Shown: piece by piece, positions 11,901 to 19,519 of the stretch | Position numbering within the stretch: position 1 is the stretch's first letter | Layout: each line of letters opens with the position of its first letter | Notes under the pieces: generated by a model | Database searches by the model: none | Told to the model about the DNA's origin: nothing | What the model saw: the letters and a program-made list of their open reading frames with translations, nothing else | Program-made: the position numbers and the translations under genes | Virus record (IMG/VR): IMGVR_UViG_3300030376_004936 | Coordinates: 1-46,695 of that record | Source: a virus | Lineage: Duplodnaviria; Caudoviricetes | DNA length: 46,695 nt | Direction: 5' to 3' (one strand)

Positions 11901-12786
11901 TTTTGTCAGATAATGTATTTTTAGCCTTTATCGTTTCTGGTTCATTTTTTGCCTTATTGTAATCCTCAGTGCTAATTTTATTTTCTTCTTCGCTAGATAT
12001 TTTAACATTCTTAATAACCTCATTTAGCTCATCACCTTTATCAACCTTTCTCTTCTCCATCCACTTTGTTATTTCAGCAGCTGTTTCCATATCCTGCTGA
12101 AGAGTTAAGGCATCTATTTTAAACTCTTTCTTATCACCGTTTGCTGCTGTTATAGTTATTTCATCGCTAAGTAAATGTCCAGTTCCTTCAAAAGAAAAAC
12201 CCCATGAAGAGTAATGAGATTCAAGTCTTTGTATAGCCTTGTTCTCATCTCTCCTTGTTATATCTTCTGTTATAGGTTCGAACTCTCTTTCTTGTTCTTC
12301 TTCAGGAATAACATTTATTTGTTGCACGTCATAACTAACGTCATCACCGTCTTCTTTTTTTTCGATTTTAACGTCTTTATCACCCGACAGTGATGCCAAT
12401 AAAATATCTTCCGATGGAAAGTCCGTAGCGGATGCTAGGTAGGGATTGTGCTCTTTTTTTTTCGGGCCCTTTTCTGAGTCTTTGATAGGGCTTATTTGCT
12501 TTCCCACGAGCTCTGCGTTTGGAAAGTCTTTAAGAAATTTTTCTTTACCTTTTACACTTACATCATACTTTTCACCGTCAACCTCATAAACCTCAACTTG
12601 ATTTACTCGTTGTGCTAAAGGAAAGTCTTCAATAAATTGTTTTTTACCTTTCTGACTAACATCATATGTTTCGCCATTAAAATACCATTGTTCAATGCCT
12701 TGTGACCCAAGGTCTACAATTGGTTTATCTTTATTTTCCTGCTTTTCTAGATTCTCATCTAGATTTTCGTTATTTTCTGTGCTCAT
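2983..12786 (-). CDS. Giant (3267 aa) polyvalent internal-virion/ejection protein: zincin-like, sigma-like, HAD and C-terminal Zn-finger domains
   Basis: HEFIH at 9271-9285 with downstream WEEV; SLDKQIGTEEGSMTLRDVL; HAD motifs DFDET / LTAR / K / FVDD; two C-terminal Cx9C...CxxH units. Located after the tail genes and smaller ejection-like genes. Confidence 0.75.
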   Translation of the reverse strand: MSTENNENLDENLEKQENKDKPIVDLGSQGIEQWYFNGETYDVSQKGKKQFIEDFPLAQRVNQVEVYEVDGEKYDVSVKGKEKFLKDFPNAELVGKQISPIKDSEKGPKKKEHNPYLASATDFPSEDILLASLSGDKDVKIEKKEDGDDVSYDVQQINVIPEEEQEREFEPITEDITRRDENKAIQRLESHYSSWGFSFEGTGHLLSDEITITAANGDKKEFKIDALTLQQDMETAAEITKWMEKRKVDKGDELNEVIKNVKISSEEENKISTEDYNKAKNEPETIKAKNTLSDKMWLEQVKNYKLMNGTKHPALAMYREEELTDEFIIGLNPNKKAEQSEEGKRLENLQSAWTHGEVLKRYLEENPDIDPDQIDEKLEYQIKTSDRYKELLGVVQGEVEEGSNSGMMEEREKWLVEQFTYAGKVDLLEDKVIDKINDTTLFSKTYKQKHFEKEAKDRTVKLKKETQDEILKLEVLDKDLDIITGKIEELKPWFDNRGNDIVNEIKNLQEQGKKETDPLKLNEIQKKLIKLQREYTDKAHELEAYQKKGTEYYGVRKNIFEKLGQLEIESEELGVFTKAVGRNPGVITNFFSGIILEAGIDIGQNIIKYADTLFQMPEEVLKNIESPWMQGFMRGVMNIASPVLNLAKPVFGEHYTNEITGKKESLWDRADKNIDRWQQTQIIDKSRKDIDYDEIDSAADWAEWGANLFSSQIPNLVMLAYTGPAGLALMGASSGGAKMRQLEDEDALYESSGGLYGHDYDFWTMAANATITGAAESLSEKVTFNALKKTRNAFRSGKSTIRGVEKSLRKNIWTFDNARNASIEMFEEGFSESLSAVAGNLADMYSGKEDVSIWDGVEESFVSGAFISGGIQGVRLLPQLTKPFTSKDTNQKLGELSLKVKKVLDSISELEGNHSYGSAAKARKMKKLQEEYEYLVKQSNSILQEDIKRVDLLHPSEKKALLNIEKLNYESRKEVEAINANDKLTEKEKADRIKEIQSSVDTRLKRKQQIIDRYPPNVVNKNYERQSLWMNSMQEMINKMGGVKMRTREVRGDEFADIVSKSQAKNEDGSSMSLEQIDEVSIQNKGLIEGLKSIISDKSSTEQEIADAQEMLNEAEGQVLMADSILNSNLDYGIMIPKFNDKGNIEGLDVVVNKDAAIKDGMFSTAAHEFIHATFYNTLKADPLARKILGEQVQNILQDPSVEFAPGALDRFNKRISTYSNYDSQGNLTNSAWEEVMAIASEMMADGDIKFNDSLLQKLKNVFRRFSQNYLKGDIEFNTTEDVKNFMRDYHHSVNKNKPNKAIAKMLVKGANGKMFKDARSKKQRQSEASFSRAVDLNLKSNPDLIDEFDQFVKNSDGTPKYRNHEEFKLSPDYQNALLHILEGRALDGLIMQGATDSGVQPTAMREFIQNVKQELARRFQGGLNKKSSDKIDEIEEKIKKKEISIQEGIKQIEAIKNNKDNYLAEFDYDAVGDGKVSLFGWLAGTYKAVHWAKEEVKKQYIKDKPGFGGPSLDKQIGTEEGSMTLRDVLGGETDAAMTAIDNMDLSFGRKQEMKQLVSELKVQDVLELDNNSKEAIRDIIANTDLGLDVANYKAVRKLLNDVTMFTKIDPKTGKPQVHKTGKNKGEVKLFRPTSEKKTEPIGPLFEVLNAVSAEFGIDPLRILSTQDLDGTQRSSAQNLIFDLSTNEDGSFNKQLFELLPEGQDRSGRATGIANTKLGDFYTKGDRVKSAEGADSKLGNKYAQEKRTDVTRDEFLDKFGINPDGSKKPGTDADGAIRELVQQLAVLQANQSIREYNYTKGDVTDSVIAKIGDGKSEASFSKNSNTNITISNKWDQVIDRVAERHGQAPLTKETWTNIINEVYEGDLSKNMIKKMANKLESQFQNWYDKAEFFGDTYNLTLKESLVNDWFMDADQRNDLNIKRSLDLKENPGNVFKDKKGLEKARENIVTNIEEDFKVKMKPSDIALDMLGYASKGFVGSGKLGGNEHVPSKPGSVKVKINKNAKAENRPDNRYKPIKDVEDNFALFNNAAVPKDPKTNKWIRDTKKKGIVEVWENGKWKEVKITLLAENTEAVLKDRDGKTREQQSKRAREVSKRILDRAWKRVKDPRDSYSKKDFGALLMNLGSSMDSPLRKSAPATAIQSNIKDVIARGEKKGIKPGQSTQYEHSVSKAVINNRIIDSYNKHGELKIDEVFKNYEVFVISKSWDKSQDRAGYKTKLPIDGIRATNIDTIFQFAKGVVDGEFDIRDLSSFESIKPTKDTNLESDSKKAKDLVKKIIDLKIKPNNAGTVNKIKINQDNMLSKNPDIRGMSTFDFDETLIIDGKNFVIATNPNTGKEIKISSGNWPIQGPALAEQGYTFNFDDFVNVRGGVEGPLFQKLVNRIKKFGPKNNFVLTARPQEAAVAIHGWLKSKGINIPLENITGLANSTGTAKAQWMMDKFAEGYNDMYFVDDALPNVEAVKEVIDQLDIKGSSVQAKLGEVGKIVKTDSDAMMSRVEDSGKDPINVEFNKMLERKSGIGANIVISPQQARIDGRKRFGRWVVPASAEDFKGLVYSFLGKGKQGDADLKFFKKHLFDPFAKGIRNWNTLKQRMVEEFAELRKKFPDVASSLKDTVSGTPYSVDHAIRVYLWNKNDIDIPGISMEHKRKLIQHVKNSQELMAFAEGLGVISRASDGYATPTDYWGVESIGADLNKMVNETHRTDMLSDWVRNKDIIMSPENLNKIEAIYGKRFVDALKNMLQRMETGRNRMTSTDADVNMWYDWINGSVGATMFWNTRSATLQTISMVNFINWSDNNPFKAAAAFANLPQFCKDFAMIFNSDMLKQRRSGLQIDVSASELTQAFKQSRGKPQAVIAWLLEKGFTPTRIADSFAIAFGGASMYRNRVNKYIKEGMTQQQAQDQAWLDFQEIAEETQQSSRPDLISQQQAGPLGRLVLAWQNTPMQMTRLMWKAVQDLAKGRGDVKTNISKIIYYGTMQNLLFGALQSGLMFALFGGEDEEELDKRKARQTHRVINGALDTLLRGTGIYGAAIATLKNVLIKGKEQLDKPYGKKDYSQIAVEAVSLSPPMGSKLRKLIGAYKTYDWNRGVGKQLGFRLENPTFHIAANAVESVTNIPLARTLNKMNNLEEAITGNHDLWQRVALVSGWNRWDIGVKDEELEEAKDAAKIEQKEIRKQERIEQKEIEKQEKLDAGLKKIRCSGIRSNGERCSIMSPYIKEKTWKCQHHMDFTDGMDRDGDGIKEYRCTATTSSGKRCKNKTENKNKKCYAHQ

Positions 12787-12790
12787 ATTT

Positions 12791-12810
12791 TTACTGTATC
12801 GTTAGTTACC
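12791..12810 (-). promoter_or_regulatory. Variant of the putative promoter motif directly upstream of the giant gene
   Basis: Minus strand GGTAACTAACGATACAGTAA (GTAA-N11-GTAA), ending 4 nt before the ATG. Confidence 0.45.
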
Positions 12811-12826
12811 CGTTAATAATTTTGTC

Positions 12827-14233
12827 TTATGATATATTGTATCCTTGTTTATTTTCTGTTGTTTTTGTTTCTTTTTTCTTCGCTCTACTGTTCTTACCGA
12901 TATTCCACTGGAGTTCCATGTGCGAAGTGTAGTACTGTGTTAATTCGTTTTTAAATACATCTCTATAGTCAGGATTTTCTATCATTGATTTAGCTATTAA
13001 CGCTGCTTCAATTTCATCAATTTCTCCATCAGCATTAACCAATTCTCCTTGATTGTTGTAAACATCGTAAACACTCATGTACTTATTAACCTGTCCTTCT
13101 CTATCAGCTGCCTCCTGCTGTTGTTCATCGTAATGTTGTTGTATTAACACTTTTTCTTCCTCTGTTATAACATCATCATCGTCAACACCATCAATTGGCC
13201 CACTGTCTTCGATGTATAACTTTAGGTCTTCATCTGTAACACCTAATTCACCCCACTTCTTACCAAATATACTATCAGCAAGATCATCAGCAAAAGTTCT
13301 ACCACTAATGTGTTCATCATAAGCTAAAGACAGTAAATCACCTTTATCTATTATATTAGTTCTAACCGCGCGATCAGCTGCTTCTCTGTTGAATTCAACT
13401 GTTGATTCAGCATCCAGACTTGCTGACATGTTGAGATAGTTATTGGCTTGAGATGTTAAAACATCTTTGACTACAGTGTCTTTATAGCCAACTTTTTTCT
13501 TTAATTCATTAACACCAACAAACCTCTCATCACCATCCTTAATCGTCTTCTCATGCTTAGCTTGCTCATCTAATAACTGTTGAAGTTCAGCTTCATCTCC
13601 ACCAACAAAAACAGGTTCTCCAAAAGCGTCATAATCAGCCCTTTGATATATAGCTTGTATCTTGCTGTCTAAGACATCCATAGCTGCATTAGCCTCAGCT
13701 AACTTTGCTGTTGCATTTGGATCTGGCATCATCACTCCCATTTTACCCTGATCAGGACACTTCTCCATCCCTTCTTCACATTCATACTCAACCAATCTAG
13801 CTTCATCTTCTAATAAAGCTATTAAAGCTTGACCTTCTGGTGTTTGATCCCAACCATTTCTTAATGTACCTTTATCTATAGCATCTGCTAAACCTGTTCT
13901 AAAATCTTTATAGTCAGCAAACTCTCCAGCTTTTTGATTTAAATCTCTAATTGCTAGGGCTTTATCTTTTGATCCACCCATTATGTAAGCATCTCTACCC
14001 TCCATTAGCTTATCATAAAGCGCCTCGTATTCATCAGCTGGTAGTTCGCCATTAGAAGCTAATATCTCTTGAACATGCTTATTGTATTCACCGGCGTTAC
14101 TAGCTAAACCTTCTGTAAACTTAGTGGCTTGGTTCATTAAATTTTGCCCAACTTTACCTATGTTTTCTACCGCATCAGCTCCAGCTGACGCAGCTTTATA
14201 TGCTCCTTGTACTAATGTATTATCTGCTCCCAT
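12827..14233 (-). CDS. Acidic helical internal-virion/ejection protein
   Basis: 468 aa, D/E-rich and helical; lies between the small ejection-like protein and the giant protein. Confidence 0.55.
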   Translation of the reverse strand: MGADNTLVQGAYKAASAGADAVENIGKVGQNLMNQATKFTEGLASNAGEYNKHVQEILASNGELPADEYEALYDKLMEGRDAYIMGGSKDKALAIRDLNQKAGEFADYKDFRTGLADAIDKGTLRNGWDQTPEGQALIALLEDEARLVEYECEEGMEKCPDQGKMGVMMPDPNATAKLAEANAAMDVLDSKIQAIYQRADYDAFGEPVFVGGDEAELQQLLDEQAKHEKTIKDGDERFVGVNELKKKVGYKDTVVKDVLTSQANNYLNMSASLDAESTVEFNREAADRAVRTNIIDKGDLLSLAYDEHISGRTFADDLADSIFGKKWGELGVTDEDLKLYIEDSGPIDGVDDDDVITEEEKVLIQQHYDEQQQEAADREGQVNKYMSVYDVYNNQGELVNADGEIDEIEAALIAKSMIENPDYRDVFKNELTQYYTSHMELQWNIGKNSRAKKKETKTTENKQGYNIS

Positions 14234-14243
14234 ATTATATTAA

Positions 14244-14516
14244 TTAAAATCTCTTTGTTATACCTAACCCAACATTACCACCTTTATTTCTATTCCATCC
14301 ACCAGTTAGATTAAGTTTTATATTTCTTTCTTTAAAGTTTTTTGTGATATTACCTTTAACTCTACCTGGTTTACCACTAATATTAGCCTTAAAGTTTTTT
14401 CCAAGGTCTAAGTTTTTTAAACCAAGAAAACCACCTTTAACCGAAACGTGCTTCTTTAAAGTTTCTTTTATTTTTTTACTTTTAAACGGGGTAAATCCCT
14501 TCATTCTAAATCCCAT
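14244..14516 (-). CDS. Small basic Gly/Lys-rich protein with SPF-type leader
   Basis: 90 aa; starts MGFRMKGFTPFK and ends GGNVGLGITKRF. Confidence 0.7.
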   Translation of the reverse strand: MGFRMKGFTPFKSKKIKETLKKHVSVKGGFLGLKNLDLGKNFKANISGKPGRVKGNITKNFKERNIKLNLTGGWNRNKGGNVGLGITKRF

Positions 14517-14518
14517 AC

Positions 14519-15193
14519 TTAAGTTATATTACCAGTAACAGCAGCTCCAATATCTCCAAGTGAACCTAGCATTTGGGTTGTAGCGTCACGTTTAGCTTGC
14601 ATCGCCATAGATTCTCTTTCTCTAGCGGCCGCGGATTCTTGTTGTGACATACCAAGGAGTGTTGCTTGTTTATCTCTTTCCCAATCTCTTGATTTAATTT
14701 CTCCCTCTCTTTCTAATGACTGTATACTAGATGCGGCTTGTCTTTCTTTTAATAAGTTTTCTCTTTCTTGAGTACCTATTTGAGCTGCAGATTGTTGAGC
14801 TTGTAGTTGACCCTGTTGAGCTAAAGCTTGAGCAACAGCTGCCGCACCACCACCTCCAGCTGCACCCTTCATGTTATCTAGTATGTTAGCCTGACTCTGT
14901 TGAAACTGTTGTCTCTCAAGATCATATTGTTTTTGATTAACAGTTAGATCTTCAAATTTATTCTCCATGTTTAAATATGGATTACTAGTATCTAGGCTTG
15001 AGTAGACGTCTTTTAGTTGATTCATTTTTCTTTCTCGAGCCTCAGCCAGCTCTCGCGCTTTAGTTTCTTCTGCTTTAGCTGCACTTTTATTCATGAGACC
15101 ACCAATTAAGTTAATTCCACCGGAGACTATACCAGCTATAGCTAGTGGGCCTAGTTTAAATGGTGATGCTGTTCTATTAAAAATGTATGACAT
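14519..15193 (-). CDS. Putative DNA ejection/pilot protein with SPF-type leader
   Basis: MSYIFNRTASPFK, then a Gly/Ala hydrophobic segment (LGPLAIAGIVSGGINLIGGLM) and a Q/A-rich coiled coil, a layout typical of podovirus pilot proteins. Confidence 0.65.
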   Translation of the reverse strand: MSYIFNRTASPFKLGPLAIAGIVSGGINLIGGLMNKSAAKAEETKARELAEARERKMNQLKDVYSSLDTSNPYLNMENKFEDLTVNQKQYDLERQQFQQSQANILDNMKGAAGGGGAAAVAQALAQQGQLQAQQSAAQIGTQERENLLKERQAASSIQSLEREGEIKSRDWERDKQATLLGMSQQESAAARERESMAMQAKRDATTQMLGSLGDIGAAVTGNIT

Positions 15194-15213
15194 ATTATTT
15201 ATTTTGATTGTTA

Positions 15214-17277
15214 TTAACTCATCGACCCTTTTCTAGTAAACTTTAATTTAAATTTACCAAGTAATCCTCCTCCACTACCCTTTTTAGAAGCTCTTCTAGC
15301 TTTACGTTCTGCTAGTTTTCTTTTTATAGTTCCAAAAAGATCTCCACCTTCTACTCTTCTAAGATTTAATCCTTTTCTTTCTTTACCACCTTTCTTTCTT
15401 CTAAAGGCATCTTGAATCTTACCTCTAAACTTGTTACTACCAGTCATGATTTTTTCTCTAGGTTTTTTCTCTCTCTTCTGCCTAGGTTGTTTATCTTCCT
15501 TAACTCTACGTGTTTTAGTTTCTTTAGTTTTACCTGTTGTGGTTGGTGATTGCGCAGGAGTTGGTTTATTCAATTTATCCATCTCATTAAAATCAACACT
15601 AACTTTACCAACCTTTTCATCTGGTTGTTTATCAGTTTTTTCACTAGGTTTTGGTTGCGGTAGACTAGTGTCTATTTTTGTCGGTATTTTAGTAGGCACT
15701 TTTTTATCTAATCTTATAGCCGTATCAACCTCCTTTTGACTTTGATCGTCTTTTCTTTTTCTTGCAAGTTTTTTAAGTGCATCTACTAATCTTCCACCAT
15801 CTCTTTCTCTATCCCAAACAACCTCTCCATTAACAATTTTTTGTTTCATGTCTGGACCTTTTATCTTACGAACAAAATTTCCATCTGGGGTTTGTTTGGT
15901 TTTGTCAACCCTTCTTTGTTTTAATCTTTGGAATATATTGCCTTCTTCTGGTTTTTGAACCGACTTTTGTTTTACACCAGCTATATTTGTTTCTTCTTTT
16001 AACTTCTCCTCCATTTTTTGATTACCACTGATATTATCAATATAATCTTGCGTCGTACCTTTTACGACATTTCTTTTTTTCTTGGGATCAAAATCGTCTT
16101 TATCTTTACGTATTCTTTCTAGTTCCGATTGAGTAATATGTGTTTGATAGTCTTTATCAACAGCGTCATATACATTTGTGTCAGGATTAAACTGAACAGG
16201 ATTTTCTCCAAAGTTTTGCATAGCAGCGTTAGGCTTATCATACACGTTTCCTCTCTTTCTACCCTCTATCATACCTTTCTCATGCCTCAAACTTTGTTGC
16301 ATCACGAACTGTCCAGATTCCGGCGAACCCGTTTGCGGGTTAGCTCTAACAGCCATTTGATCTTCTCTATAATCTAGTCTTGCGGGATCTACGGGTAGTC
16401 TTTTACTTTGATTATTACCTCTACGGTTATCCGTGTCAGAGTCTATATTCATATAATGTGATTGACTCATGTTCATAAGCTCTGGAGTTCCATCTTCCTT
16501 GTAAACAATCTTACCATCATTATCTCGTCTAGGTTGTTGTGCTGATATTATTGGTTTCCCGTCTTTATCCATTTGAGGAATACCAGCGTAAGCCATTTTT
16601 ACAGCTTCAGTAACACCACCGAAACCTTTTGCAAAATTATCACCACCTTCAGTTGAGTGAATTTTATCACGCATACTTATTTCTGGATTTAATCTTGTAA
16701 AGCCAATATCTGAACCATCCTTAGCACTACCTTCATAATTTTTAGAATCTCTAGTCTTATACTGTCTAAACATATTATTCTCCTCGTCATAAACTCTAAA
16801 TTCACCTTCAGGTGGATTGTGACCAAGATTTTTCTTTGTTTGATATTGACCACCAGATGTGTGATACATGTTAGTCGCACTGTACCAGTTAGGATCTGGA
16901 ACCTGCTTACCATCTTTACTAACAGTGTATCTAGCAACTAAAACACTCGTGTCACCCTGCATCGCCCTTCTTCTACCTTCACTAGCACTAAGCATTTCAT
17001 ACTTTCCGGTTTCTCGGTTGAAAACCTTGTACATGTTTTGAGGATGGTATTTCATATTAGCATTGAATAATTGCTCGTTGTATTTTTTAGCTGTTGGGTG
17101 TTGACCATCCATAAACACACCGCTGTGCTGACCGTGTACTATACCTTGATTCATATATGGTAAGTCATCGTTACCACCTACTCCAGGGTAATCACCATGG
17201 TGAGGTCCACCGTGTGTTTTCATCGGTGTTTGTTTTGCTCCTTTTGGAGACTTCCAACCTTTCATTTTAAATCCCAT
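15214..17277 (-). CDS. Large, probably disordered protein with SPF-type leader and very basic C-terminus
   Basis: 687 aa; starts MGFKMKGWKSPKGAKQTPMK; K/R-rich C-terminal third; first gene after a promoter-like motif. Confidence 0.7.
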   Translation of the reverse strand: MGFKMKGWKSPKGAKQTPMKTHGGPHHGDYPGVGGNDDLPYMNQGIVHGQHSGVFMDGQHPTAKKYNEQLFNANMKYHPQNMYKVFNRETGKYEMLSASEGRRRAMQGDTSVLVARYTVSKDGKQVPDPNWYSATNMYHTSGGQYQTKKNLGHNPPEGEFRVYDEENNMFRQYKTRDSKNYEGSAKDGSDIGFTRLNPEISMRDKIHSTEGGDNFAKGFGGVTEAVKMAYAGIPQMDKDGKPIISAQQPRRDNDGKIVYKEDGTPELMNMSQSHYMNIDSDTDNRRGNNQSKRLPVDPARLDYREDQMAVRANPQTGSPESGQFVMQQSLRHEKGMIEGRKRGNVYDKPNAAMQNFGENPVQFNPDTNVYDAVDKDYQTHITQSELERIRKDKDDFDPKKKRNVVKGTTQDYIDNISGNQKMEEKLKEETNIAGVKQKSVQKPEEGNIFQRLKQRRVDKTKQTPDGNFVRKIKGPDMKQKIVNGEVVWDRERDGGRLVDALKKLARKRKDDQSQKEVDTAIRLDKKVPTKIPTKIDTSLPQPKPSEKTDKQPDEKVGKVSVDFNEMDKLNKPTPAQSPTTTGKTKETKTRRVKEDKQPRQKREKKPREKIMTGSNKFRGKIQDAFRRKKGGKERKGLNLRRVEGGDLFGTIKRKLAERKARRASKKGSGGGLLGKFKLKFTRKGSMS

Positions 17278-17287
17278 ATTGCTAATT

Positions 17288-17306
17288 TTACTATTATATA
17301 GTTACA
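17288..17306 (-). promoter_or_regulatory. Putative phage promoter, TGTAA-N8-TAGTAA
   Basis: Minus strand TGTAACTATATAATAGTAA; intergenic, ahead of the ejection-protein block. Confidence 0.65.
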
Positions 17307-17317
17307 TTTATTGCTGT

Positions 17318-17701
17318 TTATTTACTACTTTCTTTTATTGTACATCCAACGCTAAATAATTCAACTGGCGCAAAATCATAATTTCTCATAGTAACCCTAG
17401 CATAGTAACCAACTGGACCAACACTATTAACATCTTTGTTCTTAGCGAAATATATAAAATCTCCTAAGCTAGGTGCTTGAGCCTCACTATTTTCTAAAAG
17501 AACAGTTAACCTAACCGTTTGATCAGAATCGAAAAACTCTAACTTACTAAGTCTACCCACCTCCACGGCTTCAGCCACGTTAGCCACACGGTGTCCACCG
17601 TAGTTATTTGTTGGACTAGTCCAAACGCGATCCCCCACCTGAAGAGATGGGTTTATAGTTTGACTAGTTATACCAACCATTGAAATTTCAATTGCATCCA
17701 T
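17318..17701 (-). CDS. Small tail-associated protein
   Basis: 127 aa; C-terminal GDFIYFAKN...GYYARVTM...ELFSVG...SSK pattern recalled from genes following the stabilization protein in related phages. Confidence 0.55.
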   Translation of the reverse strand: MDAIEISMVGITSQTINPSLQVGDRVWTSPTNNYGGHRVANVAEAVEVGRLSKLEFFDSDQTVRLTVLLENSEAQAPSLGDFIYFAKNKDVNSVGPVGYYARVTMRNYDFAPVELFSVGCTIKESSK

Positions 17702-17707
17702 ATTATA

Positions 17708-19516
17708 TTAACTTAATGTTGCTATATCACTTATATCTAAATTCATTGTCACATTTTGTGTTCCCCAGTTTACAACATAAACCCTATAAGATAACGTCAA
17801 TTGATCGTTAGTGGCTGATGTTGTTTTGATATTTGCTGTTATATCTTCTATTTTTAATTCCATACCTCCATTGTCACTTGATATACTATTGGTCCAATTA
17901 GAATCACTAGCATTCGTACTAGAAAACTTAGGTATTGTTAAGCTACTAAACTGCTGGGCTGGTGAATGGATTACTTTAAATTTCCAAGTCATATCTATCC
18001 AAGGGTTTTGAGTTGGGACTCCATCTGTACCACCAATTACTTTATATATCTTACCTGATCCATCTCTGTATCTACCCTCAAAACTAGCACACACTGGGTG
18101 GCTAACATTGAATGATGTTGCAGAAGGCCAGTTGGCTGGTAAACCATTAACTTGAGCCATAACCGCTTTAGAGCTAGATGTTACAATACATAGTGTTAAT
18201 ATAGGATTGTATCTTTGAACTAGATCAGTAGTATCCCACTCATCTTGATCTATCGGGTGTCTATCTTTCAAGTCCAAAAACTTAAGTCTTCCTTTATTTT
18301 TTTCTTGATAATCAAGAACTTTCTGTAGACCACCGTTCCACTTGGTTTCATCAATATTCGAAAATTCATTGCACTCACCATTTTCATCTAACGCTAAACG
18401 TGCTTCATTGACACTTGTAGTTCCAGGGCATTTGTGACTTCTTAAAATGCTGATAGCAAAATATTTATCAAAATTATTTGACGTGCTAGCTACATACGGA
18501 TCAAACCTGTGGTGAAAAACAAATTTTCCACTACTAGGTATTCTACCTCTTATAGCCTCAACCTCTGTTGAATCTCCCAGTGTAACCACTGGATTATTTG
18601 AAGCCGGTCTACAGGCTATTATTTTTTTATTAAGAGGGTTCTTTAATATAACATGCGATCCACCAGCCCTAGATTTACCAAACTCGTTGATGTCTGGAAT
18701 AACATTTTCTGTTAACATTATCGTGAAGTAAGAACCAGGTGTACCTACAACCTCAAATTTTTTGTTTTCACCAGATGGTTTTATCTCTGGATTAAAAATA
18801 ATATCTCTTATACCACCAGAACCAATCTTATTAATCCTATCAACACTAGCTTTGTAATCCAGTCTATATCTAATACTACTTGATCTACTTGTTCTACTTT
18901 TACTCTTGTAAACTATATTATAAGTGTAAGAGATAATCGGTCTTACAGAATCTACATCTCTAACTAAGCTTAATTTTTGTATATTATAAGCTGGTGGTTT
19001 TAACCACTGGTCGTTATCACTATCAACATAATTTGAATACCTGGAGTCATTAATAAAATCAGCTTGCTTGATTCCATCTTGATAGTCTGGATCGTTAAGA
19101 GAGTTTGATCTTGTAATTTTATTCAACTCTAGTTTTAAAGAACCTCTTTCGTTATCTGTATCAATATTCTCAAAGATTGGAGCGTTTGTAAACATGTTAC
19201 CTTGTTTGATGGTTTGTCCACCAATTGAAAAGGGATCATCAGTAGGGAAATGATTCATATTGTGAGTTTTATCACTGATAAATTCTGCCACATCATTTTC
19301 GGCTAAAAAACGAGCCGCATCATCATCTGCAACTATTATTCTAACTGTACCAACATTTTTCCATTTATTTCTAGGCGCCCTACCAGTTATAAAGAATTTA
19401 ATAACTTGGTCATCAGAGCCTTCATTTATTAATTCATAAGAAACTCTACATAGCGGTGCTGACTCAACTTCTATAGAGCTAGCGTATTTTTTTGGAAATA
19501 TTAATTTTTGTTTCAT
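17708..19516 (-). CDS. Hypothetical tail-region structural protein
   Basis: 602-aa beta-rich ORF in the tail module. Confidence 0.55.
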   Translation of the reverse strand: MKQKLIFPKKYASSIEVESAPLCRVSYELINEGSDDQVIKFFITGRAPRNKWKNVGTVRIIVADDDAARFLAENDVAEFISDKTHNMNHFPTDDPFSIGGQTIKQGNMFTNAPIFENIDTDNERGSLKLELNKITRSNSLNDPDYQDGIKQADFINDSRYSNYVDSDNDQWLKPPAYNIQKLSLVRDVDSVRPIISYTYNIVYKSKSRTSRSSSIRYRLDYKASVDRINKIGSGGIRDIIFNPEIKPSGENKKFEVVGTPGSYFTIMLTENVIPDINEFGKSRAGGSHVILKNPLNKKIIACRPASNNPVVTLGDSTEVEAIRGRIPSSGKFVFHHRFDPYVASTSNNFDKYFAISILRSHKCPGTTSVNEARLALDENGECNEFSNIDETKWNGGLQKVLDYQEKNKGRLKFLDLKDRHPIDQDEWDTTDLVQRYNPILTLCIVTSSSKAVMAQVNGLPANWPSATSFNVSHPVCASFEGRYRDGSGKIYKVIGGTDGVPTQNPWIDMTWKFKVIHSPAQQFSSLTIPKFSSTNASDSNWTNSISSDNGGMELKIEDITANIKTTSATNDQLTLSYRVYVVNWGTQNVTMNLDISDIATLS

Positions 19517-19519
19517 ATT

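Noticed and set aside
2983-12786. Giant protein as a crAss-type virion RNA polymerase
   Set aside because: No DFDxD catalytic motif in a polymerase context. DFDET is a HAD motif I, and DRDGD lies between terminal Zn fingers about 30 aa from the end. A structure search is needed to exclude it fully.
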